DNA from: Octopus sinensis
Taxonomy: Eukaryota
DNA length: 64,000 nucleotides
Direction: 5' to 3'
Assembly: GCF_006345805.1 (NCBI RefSeq)
Contig: NC_043015.1
Location: 16,926,001 to 16,990,000 of the forward strand
The position numbers were made by a program, and so were the translations under genes. Positions 53,057 through 63,040 of this stretch are shown in pieces (within the stretch, counting starts at the first letter, position 1; each line of letters begins with the position of its first letter). The notes below the pieces were generated by a model. It ran no database searches. It was not told the DNA's origin and was given only the letters and a program-made list of their open reading frames with translations.

Positions 53057-53689
53057 CATACATATATATATATGTATATATATACACACGCACACACAGA
53101 TATATATGTAATATGTATATATACATATACATGAGATTCACCAACACTACACCTGATTTTCTCCCCTGCATACACACACAAGCATGTGTAGTGACGCTAC
53201 TGTGTAAGTTTCAGCGCACATGCGCAGACTTGGATTACTTCCGGTTGGCCACTGGATGTTTCCTCATGGGCATGCGCAGGAACTGCAACCTGAAAGTGTG
53301 ACCACTGAATCGGTCTTTCTGGCAGAGCAGCGCTAGCGATCGGACATGGCTCGACTTCTCTCAGGGAAAACCCTACACACAGAGAAGCTCTCACTTTGAA
53401 GCGGGAACGAGCACCGTATCTTCTTGGCTCACACGAGTGAGCATTGTAAACAGTCCTGGCACGTAAAAAGCACCCACTACACTCACGGAGTAGTTGGTGT
53501 TAGGAAGGGCATCCAGCCGTAGAAACATTGCCAGATCAGACTGGGCCTGGTGCAGCCTTCTGGCTTCCCAGACACCAGTTGAACCGTCCAACCCATGCTA
53601 GCATGGAAAGCGGATGCTAAACGATGATGATGATGATGATATATATATATATACATCTATATGTATATATAGATGTATACATATATATA

Positions 53690-53728
<39 letters not shown>

Positions 53729-53824
53729 TATATTATATATATATATATATGCATATACATATATATACATACACACACATACATATATACACATATACAC
53801 ATGTATATATATATATACGGATGC

Positions 53825-53859
<35 letters not shown>

Positions 53860-54338
53860 ATATATCATCATCATCATCATCATCATCGTTTAACTGGTCT
53901 GATCTGGCAGTGTTTCTACAGCTAGATGCCCTTCCTAACGCCAACCACTCCGCGAGTGTAGTGGCTGCTTTTTACGTGCCACCTGCACAGGTGCCAGAGG
54001 GGTCTGCCATCGGCCATGATCAGTTGGTGCTTTTTTATGTGCCACCGGCACAGAAGCCAGTCAAAGCGGTGCTGGCATCGGCCACGTTCGGATGGTGCTT
54101 TTTATGTGCCACCGGCACAGAAGCCAGTGGAGGTTGCACTGGCAACGGCCACGTTCGGATGGTGCTTTTTATGTGCTACCGGCACAGAAGCCATTCGAGG
54201 CGGGGTTGGCATCGGTCCACGTTCAGATGGTGCTTTTTGTGTGCCACCGGCACAGAAGCCAGTCGAGGCTGCACTGGCAATGGCCACGTTCGGATGGTGC
54301 TTCTCATGTGTCACCGATATATATATACATACATATAC

Positions 54339-54398
<60 letters not shown>

Positions 54399-54609
54399 CA
54401 TAGCTCTGTCTGGCACCTGTGCGGGTGGCACGTAAAAAGCACCCACTGCACTCACGGAGTGGTTGGCGTTAGGAAGGGCATCCAGCCGTAGAAAAACTGC
54501 CAGATTTGATGGGCCTGATGAAGCCTTCTGGCTTCACAGACCCCAGTAGAACCGTCCAACCCATGCTAGCATGGAAAACGGACGCTAAATGATGATGATG
54601 ATGATGATG

Positions 54610-54667
<58 letters not shown>

Positions 54668-54749
54668 TCTAGCAAAAACTATCTGATGAACGGCAACGGG
54701 AAACTCAGAGTAACAGGTTTTGTTGAATTTTCTGCTGCTTTAAATAAAG

Positions 54750-54785
<36 letters not shown>

Positions 54786-57700
54786 CTCACACGCACACAC
54801 ACACATTATACGTCATATGCATATGCTGTTAGTAGATAGGTAAAAATACTGATGATATATGTGTATTTTATATTAATTTGTATAAACCTTTTGTCTTTTT
54901 TTACCAACTTTTTTAGTGTGGTGCAGATTCCTTAGGAAGTGATCGATTGGGCTGTTTTAATTTAAGTGTCAGAGGTCATGGGTATGTATTTTCTTTTTGG
55001 AAATATGCTGTTATTAGTTTTCTTGATCAGAATGGTGCACTTATTTTTACCGACCTTTTGAATTTCTGAAATTCACTTTGTGAGATACTGTAAAAGATTA
55101 CTTTTTTTATTGGAATAGCTACATCAAGAAAAATATACACTCATTAATCTTATTTAAATTCTCATGTTGTGTTTTTTCTATTTTTTTGTGTTTATTGTAA
55201 AATAAGTTGGTCAATTTCTTACATTGCCTGTTATGATGGAAGTTCTTTTAAATGCAGTAGGGCTTAACTATTTGTTTTCAATCTTAGTTTAGTTTCCTTC
55301 TCTTAGTTTATGTAATTAATCACTAAAGAAGAAAGACCTTGTGGGCACCATTATCATCATCATCATTTAACATCTGTTTTCCATGCTGGCATGGGTTGGA
55401 CAGTTCGACAAGATCTTTGGCATGATTTCTATGACTGGATTTCCTTCCTATTGCCAACCACTTTACAGTGTGTAGAGTTTGTATTTTGATACATATATTT
55501 CATTAAGTTCTATGGCTGTTAACTATGTTTGTTTCTCCCTTCATTGCAAATCCTTCTTTATCATCATCATTTAGCATTCATTTTCCATGTTGTACCAGGT
55601 CCAGTCTGATTTGGCTTGGTTTCTATGGCTGGAAACCCTTCCTAACACCAACCACTCCACTGGGTGTAATGGGTGCCTATTATATGTCACCGGCATGGGT
55701 GCCTTTTAAGGTGTCATAAGCATGGATGCCTTTTATGTGTTACTGGCACTGGCCACGACTACAATTTCACTTGGCTTGATGTGAGTTCTGAAGCACAGCA
55801 AATTGCCAAATGTCTCATTCACTTGTCATCACCGCCACGAGACTCAACATCTGAAGATCTTTCATTGCCTCTGTAAGACCGCCTAATGAAAAGAAATCAG
55901 TAATAACAAGAAGCAACTACTATTCGGTCTTTCAAGCAATTGATCTGTTACACACAGCTATGAACATTCTATTGGTTTCAAAAACTAAAGCACTTTATAA
56001 AGAAAAATACATTTTAATGTATTTTGAAAACATAGCTGACTGTGCATCTTTCCCTGTCAGCAAGTGCTAAATTATACTGAATAAAGATTTATTGCCAAAC
56101 AGATCACTATCAGCAAACAGGCTATGTGATACAAAACCAGAGTGGGAATACATTTAGCCATTTATTCTTGAATGAATGCATTGCTTTATTGGTTTCCCAT
56201 GAAAACTAAAAGTGTTTTATTTAAAATATTTCATTTTTTTTTTATTAATCTTCTCACTGGAATGAACAAACACACCATAGAGTATCGAGAACTCTTCTGG
56301 ATTTGAGTGGACAAGGCAACATTGCCAGTGTTGGGGTCATGATGAAATGTCTCCAGCACACTCTATGAAGTGGTTGGCAAATGAGCAGAAAGATGACAAC
56401 TGGTTGAAAGGACTGTTTAGTTTTGTTGAGGGCATGACAACCTCCTTAGTACTGGTGAGATGATAAAATTCACCCAGTTCAGTCTGTAAAAAGGTTGATG
56501 ATAGGAAGAGCATTCAGCTGTAGAAATCAAGGCAAAATCAAAGCATACAAGTGAGACATGGTTTTCTAACCTGTCTTGGAGGCTGTAGCTCTAGTGATCT
56601 TGATCATTATTTGTTGTGAACAAGCTCATCTACAATTGAAAGATTAACTGTGAACTAGTCATATAAAATCTCCACTTCTTGAAATATTGGGATAGCCTTG
56701 TTGTTTGTGAAAGCCTTGTTGTTATGAACAACATAAATACATAATACATAATAATGTATTTATGCATATACATACATACATGTGTGTGTGTCTGTGTGTG
56801 TGTATCAAAACAGAAAACTGGAAAAATTTGATATTATTTATTTCTCATTACATATATTTCATTGCCTAATAGTAGTCACATAAATATACACATAGAAAAA
56901 CATGTAAGATATCTCCTATTAGAAAATTCTGCTGACAGAGAATTAAAATATTTTCATATAATACACACACACACACACACACATATTGAGAAAAGGATAG
57001 ATTTAATGTTTTTTTTTGGTTTTCAGGTTGTATTGCATACTTTGACTTAATTGAAATCCATAGAAATTGTATAGTTTTAAGTCAGTAACAAATTTTTATA
57101 TTCAAAACTTTAATTAGTTGTATGCATATAAAAACTATTAATTTATCTTCTAATGAAACTCAGTTTTTTATATTTTATGAACTTGTTGCTAAAAATTACC
57201 TTTCAGTGAGTGTGTTCGAGTTGTGAAAGGTTATGGTCTACCAATGTTAGTATTAGGTGGAGGAGGATACACAAAAAGGAACGTGGCTCGCTGTTGGACT
57301 TATGAAACATCAGTTTTGTTGGATGATGAAATTAATAATGACTTGCCATACAATGGTAAGTATTCCATTTAATGCTTATCATAAAGTAATGTTTAATTAG
57401 AAGTTAAGGAAAATGTTTAATATTTACTTCTATGAATTTGATTGTTCTTCAAATGTGGACAATTTTATGAACTTGTGGTACAAAGATTTTAATGCCATTT
57501 TAAACTATCTTGGGAAGTAAAGTGGTATCTGTTTACACTTTGGTTAAAATGAAGCTAATTGAATTGTGTGCTGAAATGATGGCCTGGGATTTTTACATTG
57601 GTATGTTTCCTTTGGTTAGAATATGTCTTTTTTATATAGTTAGAATAAGAGGAATGAGTTTCTGCAGAGCTTTTAGGCTCTCTTCTTGTTTGAAAAATAG

Positions 57701-59391
57701 TGATAAATACACAAGATCTATGGAGTTGATGTCATGTGTTCTCTATTTGTTAGCAATCAGTGTGTACAGGAATTTTATATTACGCAAATATCTTACCTCT
57801 AACAGACTCATGTGTGCACTGAATGTATAAATTATTAATTACTACATTATTGTTTTATTTTGAGATAGCCATTTACAAATTTACACACACACTATATATT
57901 CGTTCTTCAATCATTTATTACTATTCTTATTTTGTCTTATGTCCATTGTTTGGAAATCTTTTGTCACACATCTATGACCTCATCAGCAACCCTTTCTGTC
58001 CCTGTGTATCTTCCTGGTCCACTTAGTCCATGGAAAGGACTGGAATCACTTCATGTACACACTACAACTTAACCAAGGATAGCATTTGAGTAATCCAAAC
58101 ATTCATAGAAGAACATAATAGACTAAGAGGAGCAGTAGGATACATGTGAATGGAAAAATTCGTTGAAAAGGTCACAGATGTGTAACGAAAAATTTGCAAA
58201 CAATGGACATAAGACAAAAAAAGAATAGTAATAAATGAGGGAAGAACAAATATATGTGTGTGTGTGTTAATTTGGCAAAAAAAAAAATCCTGAAATATAA
58301 CAATATCTGTTTCAACACAGTTTCTCATCAGAAATCTTGCAAAACAAATTCATAAATGTACTGCATTACTCTTCTTTATGAATACATTATTATAATTTAC
58401 TGTAGGGCATCAAATTGACAGAAGTGTTTGGAGTGTTGTAAAAAAAATGTCTTTACTCTGTATTTACTCTGGCTTTTTGCATTCTGAGACCAAATCTTGC
58501 TGTGATTGACTTTTCCTTTCATTCTTTGGGCTTAATAAATGTAATACCAGTTTAGAGCAGTGGAGTGGAGTGAACTGGTGAAATTGTAAGAATATAAGAC
58601 AGGAGACTTGTGGTATATGTTTCAGCTGTTTGCATTCCAAGTTCAAATCCTGCTGTGGCCTACCAGCTAACATGGAAGGGATTGGAATCCCTTCATGTAC
58701 ACACTACAACTTAAACAAGGATAGTATTTGAGTGATAGTATTCAACCAGAAAAGTTAATTCTGATCATTGTGCACCACTCTCCTTGTTCTGTATTAACCA
58801 ACAAAAACATTGTTTTTGTTTAATTTTTTGTGTGTCTCCTCTCCTCTGTTTAATTTTTTGTGTCTATGTATTTGAAAGTTAAGATATCCAACATTTCTTT
58901 TCAAAGATTATTGATTAAAATAAGAAACAAAATGTTTTCTTTTTCTAAACTTTGTACACAGTCCATCGCTTTTCACCATTATATGCCAAGAGCCAAGAGA
59001 GAGTTACAGGTTGTATAAAAGAAAGAAAATGAAAAATGAAATTTAATGAAAATAGAATCCTTCAGATAGGTTTATAACAAAGATTGCTTTTAGATATTGA
59101 AGTATTTCACGCATTAAGATTAAATTGTTTTTATTATATAGTAAGAGTTGTTCTTTTCATTATTTTGAAACTGTTTTAAAATACTTTTACTTATTGGAGT
59201 GGGAATGGCTGAACATCAAGCATATTCTTGTGTTTTGTATTTTTTGTGTTAGAATTCTGAAATTAAGACTTTTTTTATTTGTGTCTAATGTATTGAATTT
59301 TTTTTTTTCAGAATATTTGGAATATTTTGGCCCTGATTTTTCTCTCCATCCAGATATTACAACTAAACAAGAGAACTGTAATACAAAAGAA
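18025..59391 (+). CDS. HDAC3: Histone deacetylase 3, spliced CDS of 12 exons (354 aa recovered; 3' exons not found in the window)
   Basis: join(18025-18082,23859-23941,24949-25091,25187-25268,26150-26206,27008-27063,29251-29384,32419-32499,36744-36817,54917-54981,57207-57355,59312-59391) = 1062 nt with no stops and all introns GT-AG. Contains [29 protein letters not shown] and GGGGY. HDAC3-diagnostic N-terminus [15 protein letters not shown] and HHAKKFEASGFCY. Confidence 0.97.
19826..19970 (+). mobile_element. Mariner transposase N-terminal fragment
   Basis: [38 protein letters not shown] resembles the mariner N-terminal HTH. Confidence 0.55.
20075..21245. mobile_element. MITE-like element with ~100-bp inverted ends, containing a nested CR1 fragment
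   Basis: aagttattgcatctggtaaagtacaggacaag...ttttacttaaaatattgcagctaaggataaaattt is mirrored at about 21145-21245. Confidence 0.55.
20252..20725 (-). mobile_element. CR1-like LINE 3' end
   Basis: [23 protein letters not shown]...[21 protein letters not shown]..., ending in a (TTA)n tail. Confidence 0.85.
21284..21512 (-). mobile_element. CR1-like LINE 3' end (second copy)
   Basis: [31 protein letters not shown] plus the same (TTA)n tail as the copy at 20252. Confidence 0.85.
21543..22470. mobile_element. Non-autonomous DNA transposon with long imperfect TIRs
   Basis: ctctggacctactttggcc...aaaccatgggaagagc is mirrored by ...gctcctcccatggtttt...ggccaaaatcggtccaga; the internal cactgtcacatgtattgatgtttt is also mirrored. 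Confidence 0.65.
23859..23941 (+). CDS. HDAC3: HDAC3 coding exon 2
   Basis: ttcctag|(G)[27 protein letters not shown]|gtatgt; 83 nt. Confidence 0.95.
24949..25091 (+). CDS. HDAC3: HDAC3 coding exon 3
   Basis: [47 protein letters not shown](C)|gtaag; 143 nt. Confidence 0.95.
25187..25268 (+). CDS. HDAC3: HDAC3 coding exon 4
   Basis: [27 protein letters not shown]|gtaagt; 82 nt. Confidence 0.95.
26150..26206 (+). CDS. HDAC3: HDAC3 coding exon 5
   Basis: [19 protein letters not shown]|gtaaaa; 57 nt. Confidence 0.95.
27008..27063 (+). CDS. HDAC3: HDAC3 coding exon 6
   Basis: [18 protein letters not shown](K)|gtaagt; 56 nt. Confidence 0.95.
28809..29204 (+). mobile_element. Non-autonomous Helitron (possibly the 3' module of a composite starting at 28029)
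   Basis: Sits between A and T; begins TC; subterminal hairpin CCCGAGCAATGCCGGG (29177-29192); ends CTAG. Confidence 0.75.
29251..29384 (+). CDS. HDAC3: HDAC3 coding exon 7
   Basis: [44 protein letters not shown](G)|gtaaat; 134 nt. Confidence 0.97.
30236..32241 (-). mobile_element. Old, internally deleted Gypsy-like LTR retrotransposon (integrase remnant)
   Basis: Minus-strand HHCC-type segment ([17 protein letters not shown]...CDRCQSI) and integrase-core-like text (...[19 protein letters not shown]). Flanked by diverged direct repeats at 30236-30478 and 32040-32241. Confidence 0.7.
32419..32499 (+). CDS. HDAC3: HDAC3 coding exon 8
   Basis: [26 protein letters not shown]|gtaagt; 81 nt. Confidence 0.95.
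32860..35824. mobile_element. RTE-clade LINE, 5'-inverted (endonuclease/linker on -, RT and 3' end on +)
   Basis: Minus strand: LISAYAPTL...DFNARVG...[15 protein letters not shown]...[10 protein letters not shown]...[11 protein letters not shown]. Plus strand from about 34300: [13 protein letters not shown]...[14 protein letters not shown]...YDLKRAFD...[11 protein letters not shown]...[10 protein letters not shown]...CELCNRHF. Confidence 0.9.
36744..36817 (+). CDS. HDAC3: HDAC3 coding exon 9
   Basis: (T)[24 protein letters not shown]|gtaaga; 74 nt. Confidence 0.95.
39928..41028 (-). mobile_element. Internally deleted piggyBac (1101 bp) retaining the transposase N-terminus
   Basis: TTAA on both sides (39924-39927, 41029-41032); 12-bp TIR CCCTTTCGTTAC; ORF 40312-40749 (acidic N-terminus...LDYFFLLF...[11 protein letters not shown]). 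Confidence 0.9.
42550..42850 (+). mobile_element. RTE-tail-type SINE/LINE 3' end with (GAT)n tail (family also near 11735, 36968, 41640, 41805, 51646, 53440, 53865, 54405, 55352, 55560)
   Basis: Shared ...gagtggttggcgttaggaagggcatccagc.gtagaaac...ccaacccatgctagcatggaaaacggacgttaaacgatgatg 3' end, present in both orientations. Confidence 0.8.
44761..44803 (+). ncRNA. Minimal type I hammerhead ribozyme motif with U3:A8 core
   Basis: GCTGCA-TTGATAA-AGGG-caacta-CCCT-GAAA-CGCG-T-C-TGCAGC: perfect stems I and II, palindromic stem III (ACGCGT), GUC cleavage triplet. Confidence 0.75.
45222..47666 (+). mobile_element. 5'-truncated Penelope-like element (RT + GIY-YIG) with inverted terminal pLTR copies
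   Basis: FDITMGS...LVGLCLL...GLYRDD...[16 protein letters not shown] (PLE RT). CNCR..C...C...NAIYKC...FYIGNT.NFKARY..H..SF (GIY-YIG). 45222-45475 is the reverse complement of about 47305-47666. Confidence 0.88.
47704..48200. repeat. Compound (CT)/(TA)/(TG) microsatellite (similar blocks near 8010-8360, 18345-18610, 50220-50820, 52810-53130, 53640-53880, 54320-54400)
   Basis: Direct inspection; these blocks account for the YIYIY-type ORFs. Confidence 0.95.
48600..50150 (+). mobile_element. CR1/Jockey-group LINE RT (5'-truncated, decayed)
   Basis: ORF 48813-49544: AGPD...NYRPISLTS...[15 protein letters not shown]...[13 protein letters not shown]...VPQGTVL.PLLF...YADD. Confidence 0.92.
50958..51026 (-). 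ncRNA. Type I hammerhead motif with U3:A8 core (left arm of a foldback)
   Basis: Minus strand CCTG-TTGATAA-A-GACTT-[30 nt]-AAGTC-A-GAAA-CCATGG-T-C-CAGG; palindromic stem III ACCATGGT. Confidence 0.6.
54679..54716 (+). ncRNA. Type I hammerhead motif with canonical core
   Basis: ctat-CTGATGA-a-CG-GCAA-CG-g-GAAA-CTC-a-GAG-T-A-acag: all core nucleotides present; stems I and II imperfect. Confidence 0.55.
54917..54981 (+). CDS. HDAC3: HDAC3 coding exon 10
   Basis: [21 protein letters not shown](G)|gtatgt; 65 nt. Confidence 0.96.
57207..57355 (+). CDS. HDAC3: HDAC3 coding exon 11
   Basis: [49 protein letters not shown]|gtaag; 149 nt. Confidence 0.96.
59312..59391 (+). CDS. HDAC3: HDAC3 coding exon 12
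   Basis: (E)[26 protein letters not shown]|gtaaat; 80 nt. Confidence 0.95.
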
Positions 59392-60840
59392 GTAAATTTT
59401 TTTCTAAGGTTTTTCTGAATCTAGATTTAATGAATGATAATGAAGACAAGATTTCTCTATTAACCAAGTCATTTTTCTTTTAAAGGTCCAGGTTCTGATT
59501 TATAACTTGGAAATACATTCTTGAATACATTCTTGAAATTTCAATACATTCTTGAAATTTCAATACATTCTTGAAATTTCTTCTCTTAAATTATTTGTTT
59601 ATTCATTTGATGAATATTTTTTCTTAAGAATGAGCAACAGTTTTTACTGATACAATATAAGTGTTATTTTATATTGCCAGTATTAAAAAATAGTTAGGTG
59701 GTGAACTAGAAAAATCCTTAGCATGCCAGGCAAAATACATAGTGACATTTCATGCATCCTCGTGTTCTGAGTTCAAATTTCACTGAAGTCAATTCTGCCT
59801 TTCATTTTTTTGGTTTTGATAAAATAAGTACTATTTGAGTACTGGGGTCAATGTAATTGACTTACCCCCTCCCCCGAAATTGCTGGCCTTGTGCTAAAAT
59901 TTGAAATCAATATTAAAAAGTAGTGTTAAAATGAAATCACTTCAGTTCCATCCCGCTTAGTTTGAAAATAATAATAATGACCAGTAAGATATTTAAAACC
60001 ATTTTAATTGACTATCTGCTTCACTTAAAATCAAATGGTCTTATGTCTCATCAAAAGAGAAAAGTTATAAAAGCAGTGTAACTAGAAGGTTCATAAAACT
60101 ATCTCTGCGTAAAAGTATTTGTACAATATGTTGAATATAATGATCATACTTGGATATATTGATTGGTGATAACAAATGTCTTAGATTTTTTTATGCTATC
60201 TGAAGTAAAACAAATGAAAATGATCTGATCACAGAAGATCTATTCTTGCTGACATTGGAGAGATTTTGGTCTCTATGTAAAAATGTCTTCAATGTTAATG
60301 TTTTGAAGTTCAACAAGGTGAGAATATATTTATGTAAAATTTTATTTAGCTACAAATTCTAGTACATAAGAACCATGGTAAAATGTGTACACAGACACAC
60401 TGTATTCACAACCATGTTCCTGTATCGCTTGCTTTGTCTGATAAATAGTTATATACATGTATATATATATTGCTATATAATTGTAAAATCCAAGGATCTA
60501 GGTGTAGAAAGTTAGTAAACTTTGAGCAATCTATGGTAGGTATAAAAAAACAACTTTCTGGAACAATAATAATTTATTGACATCAAAGGTTATAGGCTTT
60601 TCCCACATCAAAACTCAATAAACTGAAAAGAGCATTTCTATAGTTCATGGTTGGCAAATAGGTTTGCTATGAATGCAAATAAAAATCCAAATTGAGAAGG
60701 CGGAGCAGGTAAAATCCAGTCTACATGTTTCCTATCTAGTAGATCCTCAAAAGTAATAATTACTCAATGAGGGGTACTCCACTAGCTACTCATAAAGCTG
60801 AAGATACCTTAATCATATGAAGGTTACATTGTTGTTATTG

Positions 60841-60881
<41 letters not shown>

Positions 60882-61046
60882 GTCAAACCTACTTGGAAAT
60901 GGATGTGTAGCGTTCAGTCATATAATAATACAAATGAAATATATATATATAGGCATACATACATATACATACTGACATATATATGTTTATATGGGTACAG
61001 GACATCACAATACGTAAACAACATGAAATACGAAGACAAACTTTTA

Positions 61047-61790
61047 TTTTGGTGATATGTGCCTTTGAGAAAACAGTTGCTCCCGCAAACTAAAATAAAA
61101 TTTGAGATTTTGCGGTGGGTCAAAATTGGTAACAAAAGCAGGACAGTGAAACAAATAGTGAGGGCTGCTAAGCCAGACAGAGTAAGGTGGCAAATGCTGA
61201 GGAACATTCTTTGACAGGAGAGGAGACAGACAAGAATACGTCTGGTCTGTGCAACAGACTGAAAGAAAAGAAAGATGAACATGTGTGGAAAAAAGATGGA
61301 CGCTGGTCACGTGTAAGCATTGAGAGATTAAAAGAGGAAGAGGGAGAGAGAGGGACAGATAGAAAACAGTGAGAAAAAAGAATTAGAGAAAGGATGAGAG
61401 GTTAAAAAACGAAAGGGAGAAAAAAAGAAACTCCCTTTCTCTCCCTTTAAGTTTTTCCTTCTCATCCTTTCTCTAATTCTTTTTTTCTCCTCTTCACCAT
61501 TTTCTATCTGTCCCTCTTCCAATTTACTCTCGTTGCTCACACGTGAACATTGTCCATCTTTTTTTTTCCACACATGTTCATCTTTCTTTTCTTTCGGCCT
61601 GTTGCACAGACCAGACGTATTCTTGTCTGTCTCCTCTCCTGTCAAGGAATGTTTCTCAGCACCTTACCCCGTGGCCCTCACTATTTATTTCACTGTCCTG
61701 TTTTTGTTACCAACTTTTACCCTCCGCAAAATCCCAAATTTTTTTTGGTCTGAGGGAGCAACTGTTTTCTCAAAGGCACATATTGTCATG
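61047..61790. repeat. Long foldback inverted repeat (~350-bp arms)
   Basis: About 61047-61410 is mirrored by about 61455-61790; the ORF track shows near-identical peptides on opposite strands. Confidence 0.9.
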
Positions 61791-61975
61791 AATTGCTCGA
61801 AATGTGGAGTAGAGAAACAGCCGACAACTGATGAAGGGTTGTTCTTTATGTTACTTATGTTGTTTTCCATTTGTTTCTCTTGTTTGCAAAAAAAAAGTTT
61901 GTGACATCCTGTACCTATATATACATATAGTATGTACATGTACATGTATGTATGCCTATATATATATTTTATTTA

Positions 61976-62030
<55 letters not shown>

Positions 62031-63040
62031 ACAAATTTAGAATTAAAGAATTAAGGTTTAGAAAGTAAGTGTTAAATGCAGTATTCAAACCTTGTTTCAA
62101 GATAAGTCCCAGGCAGTGTGCTTGCAGAGCATGTTCACCACTTATGGCTACCAGGCATTATCAGCGATACTGTGCGTTCATCATTGGATTTGCGTTTATT
62201 AGCACAACAATCATTTTGCCTTCATTCTACTCTGTGTGTATGTTGGGGGGGGGGGGCATGTAAATATAGAGGGATGTGTATATGTACACGAGCAGATTGA
62301 CACCACTGTGTATATGGGTAAGTGTATGTCTGTGTACATGAATGAGTGAATGTGTCTGGTGATGTGTATGCGTGTGAGTGGGTGCATGTATGCATGAATG
62401 TATACAGGCATGTGCACACACGTATACACATGTATGTGTGTGAGTATCTGTTTGTCTGTACGTGTGAGTAGGTATTGGTAGCTACAAAGTCTAAAGACAG
62501 GAATCTGACCATGGTGTTATGCTTGACTCCTAGCCAGCCACCGAATGTTTACGCATGCTAGAGCCATTCAATCTAATGCCATATACAGTAGATTCTTTGT
62601 AATTTTAATTTTTTATTTTTTAGCAATGACTTCTTGACCACAAATATAAACATACCCACCCCTATTCATATTAAATACTTTGTGTTTTTATTATTTTATT
62701 TTCTTCCTGACAACAACTTCCTCACGCTACCAAATGTGTCTGAACTGTTGAATCACACCATTAGCATATAACTTGAAGCGAAAATAAAATGTAAATCTGG
62801 GAACTTGTGAAGCATCTTATATCACTTGACAAGGTTCTTTTTTACTGTGCATTGCATCTGGTATTAGTACATCATTCCATGCCCACTAGGAAGCAGTACA
62901 GAATGAAGCCAAAATGATTGTTGTGCTAATAAATTCATCTAGTTACACTCCATCTTCTGTATTAAAATTTTAAAATATTTATTTATATATAATACCTGAG
63001 AGAAAGAGAGGAGAGAGACAGATAGACACAAAGATTTATG

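Noticed and set aside
54030-54315. Regular ~59-nt repeats resembling a CRISPR array
   Set aside because: Tandem units without unique spacers, inside a SINE, in a eukaryotic intron with no cas genes.
59505-59580. 19-bp tandem repeat aatacattcttgaaatttc (about 4 copies)
   Set aside because: Ordinary slippage minisatellite with no further structure.
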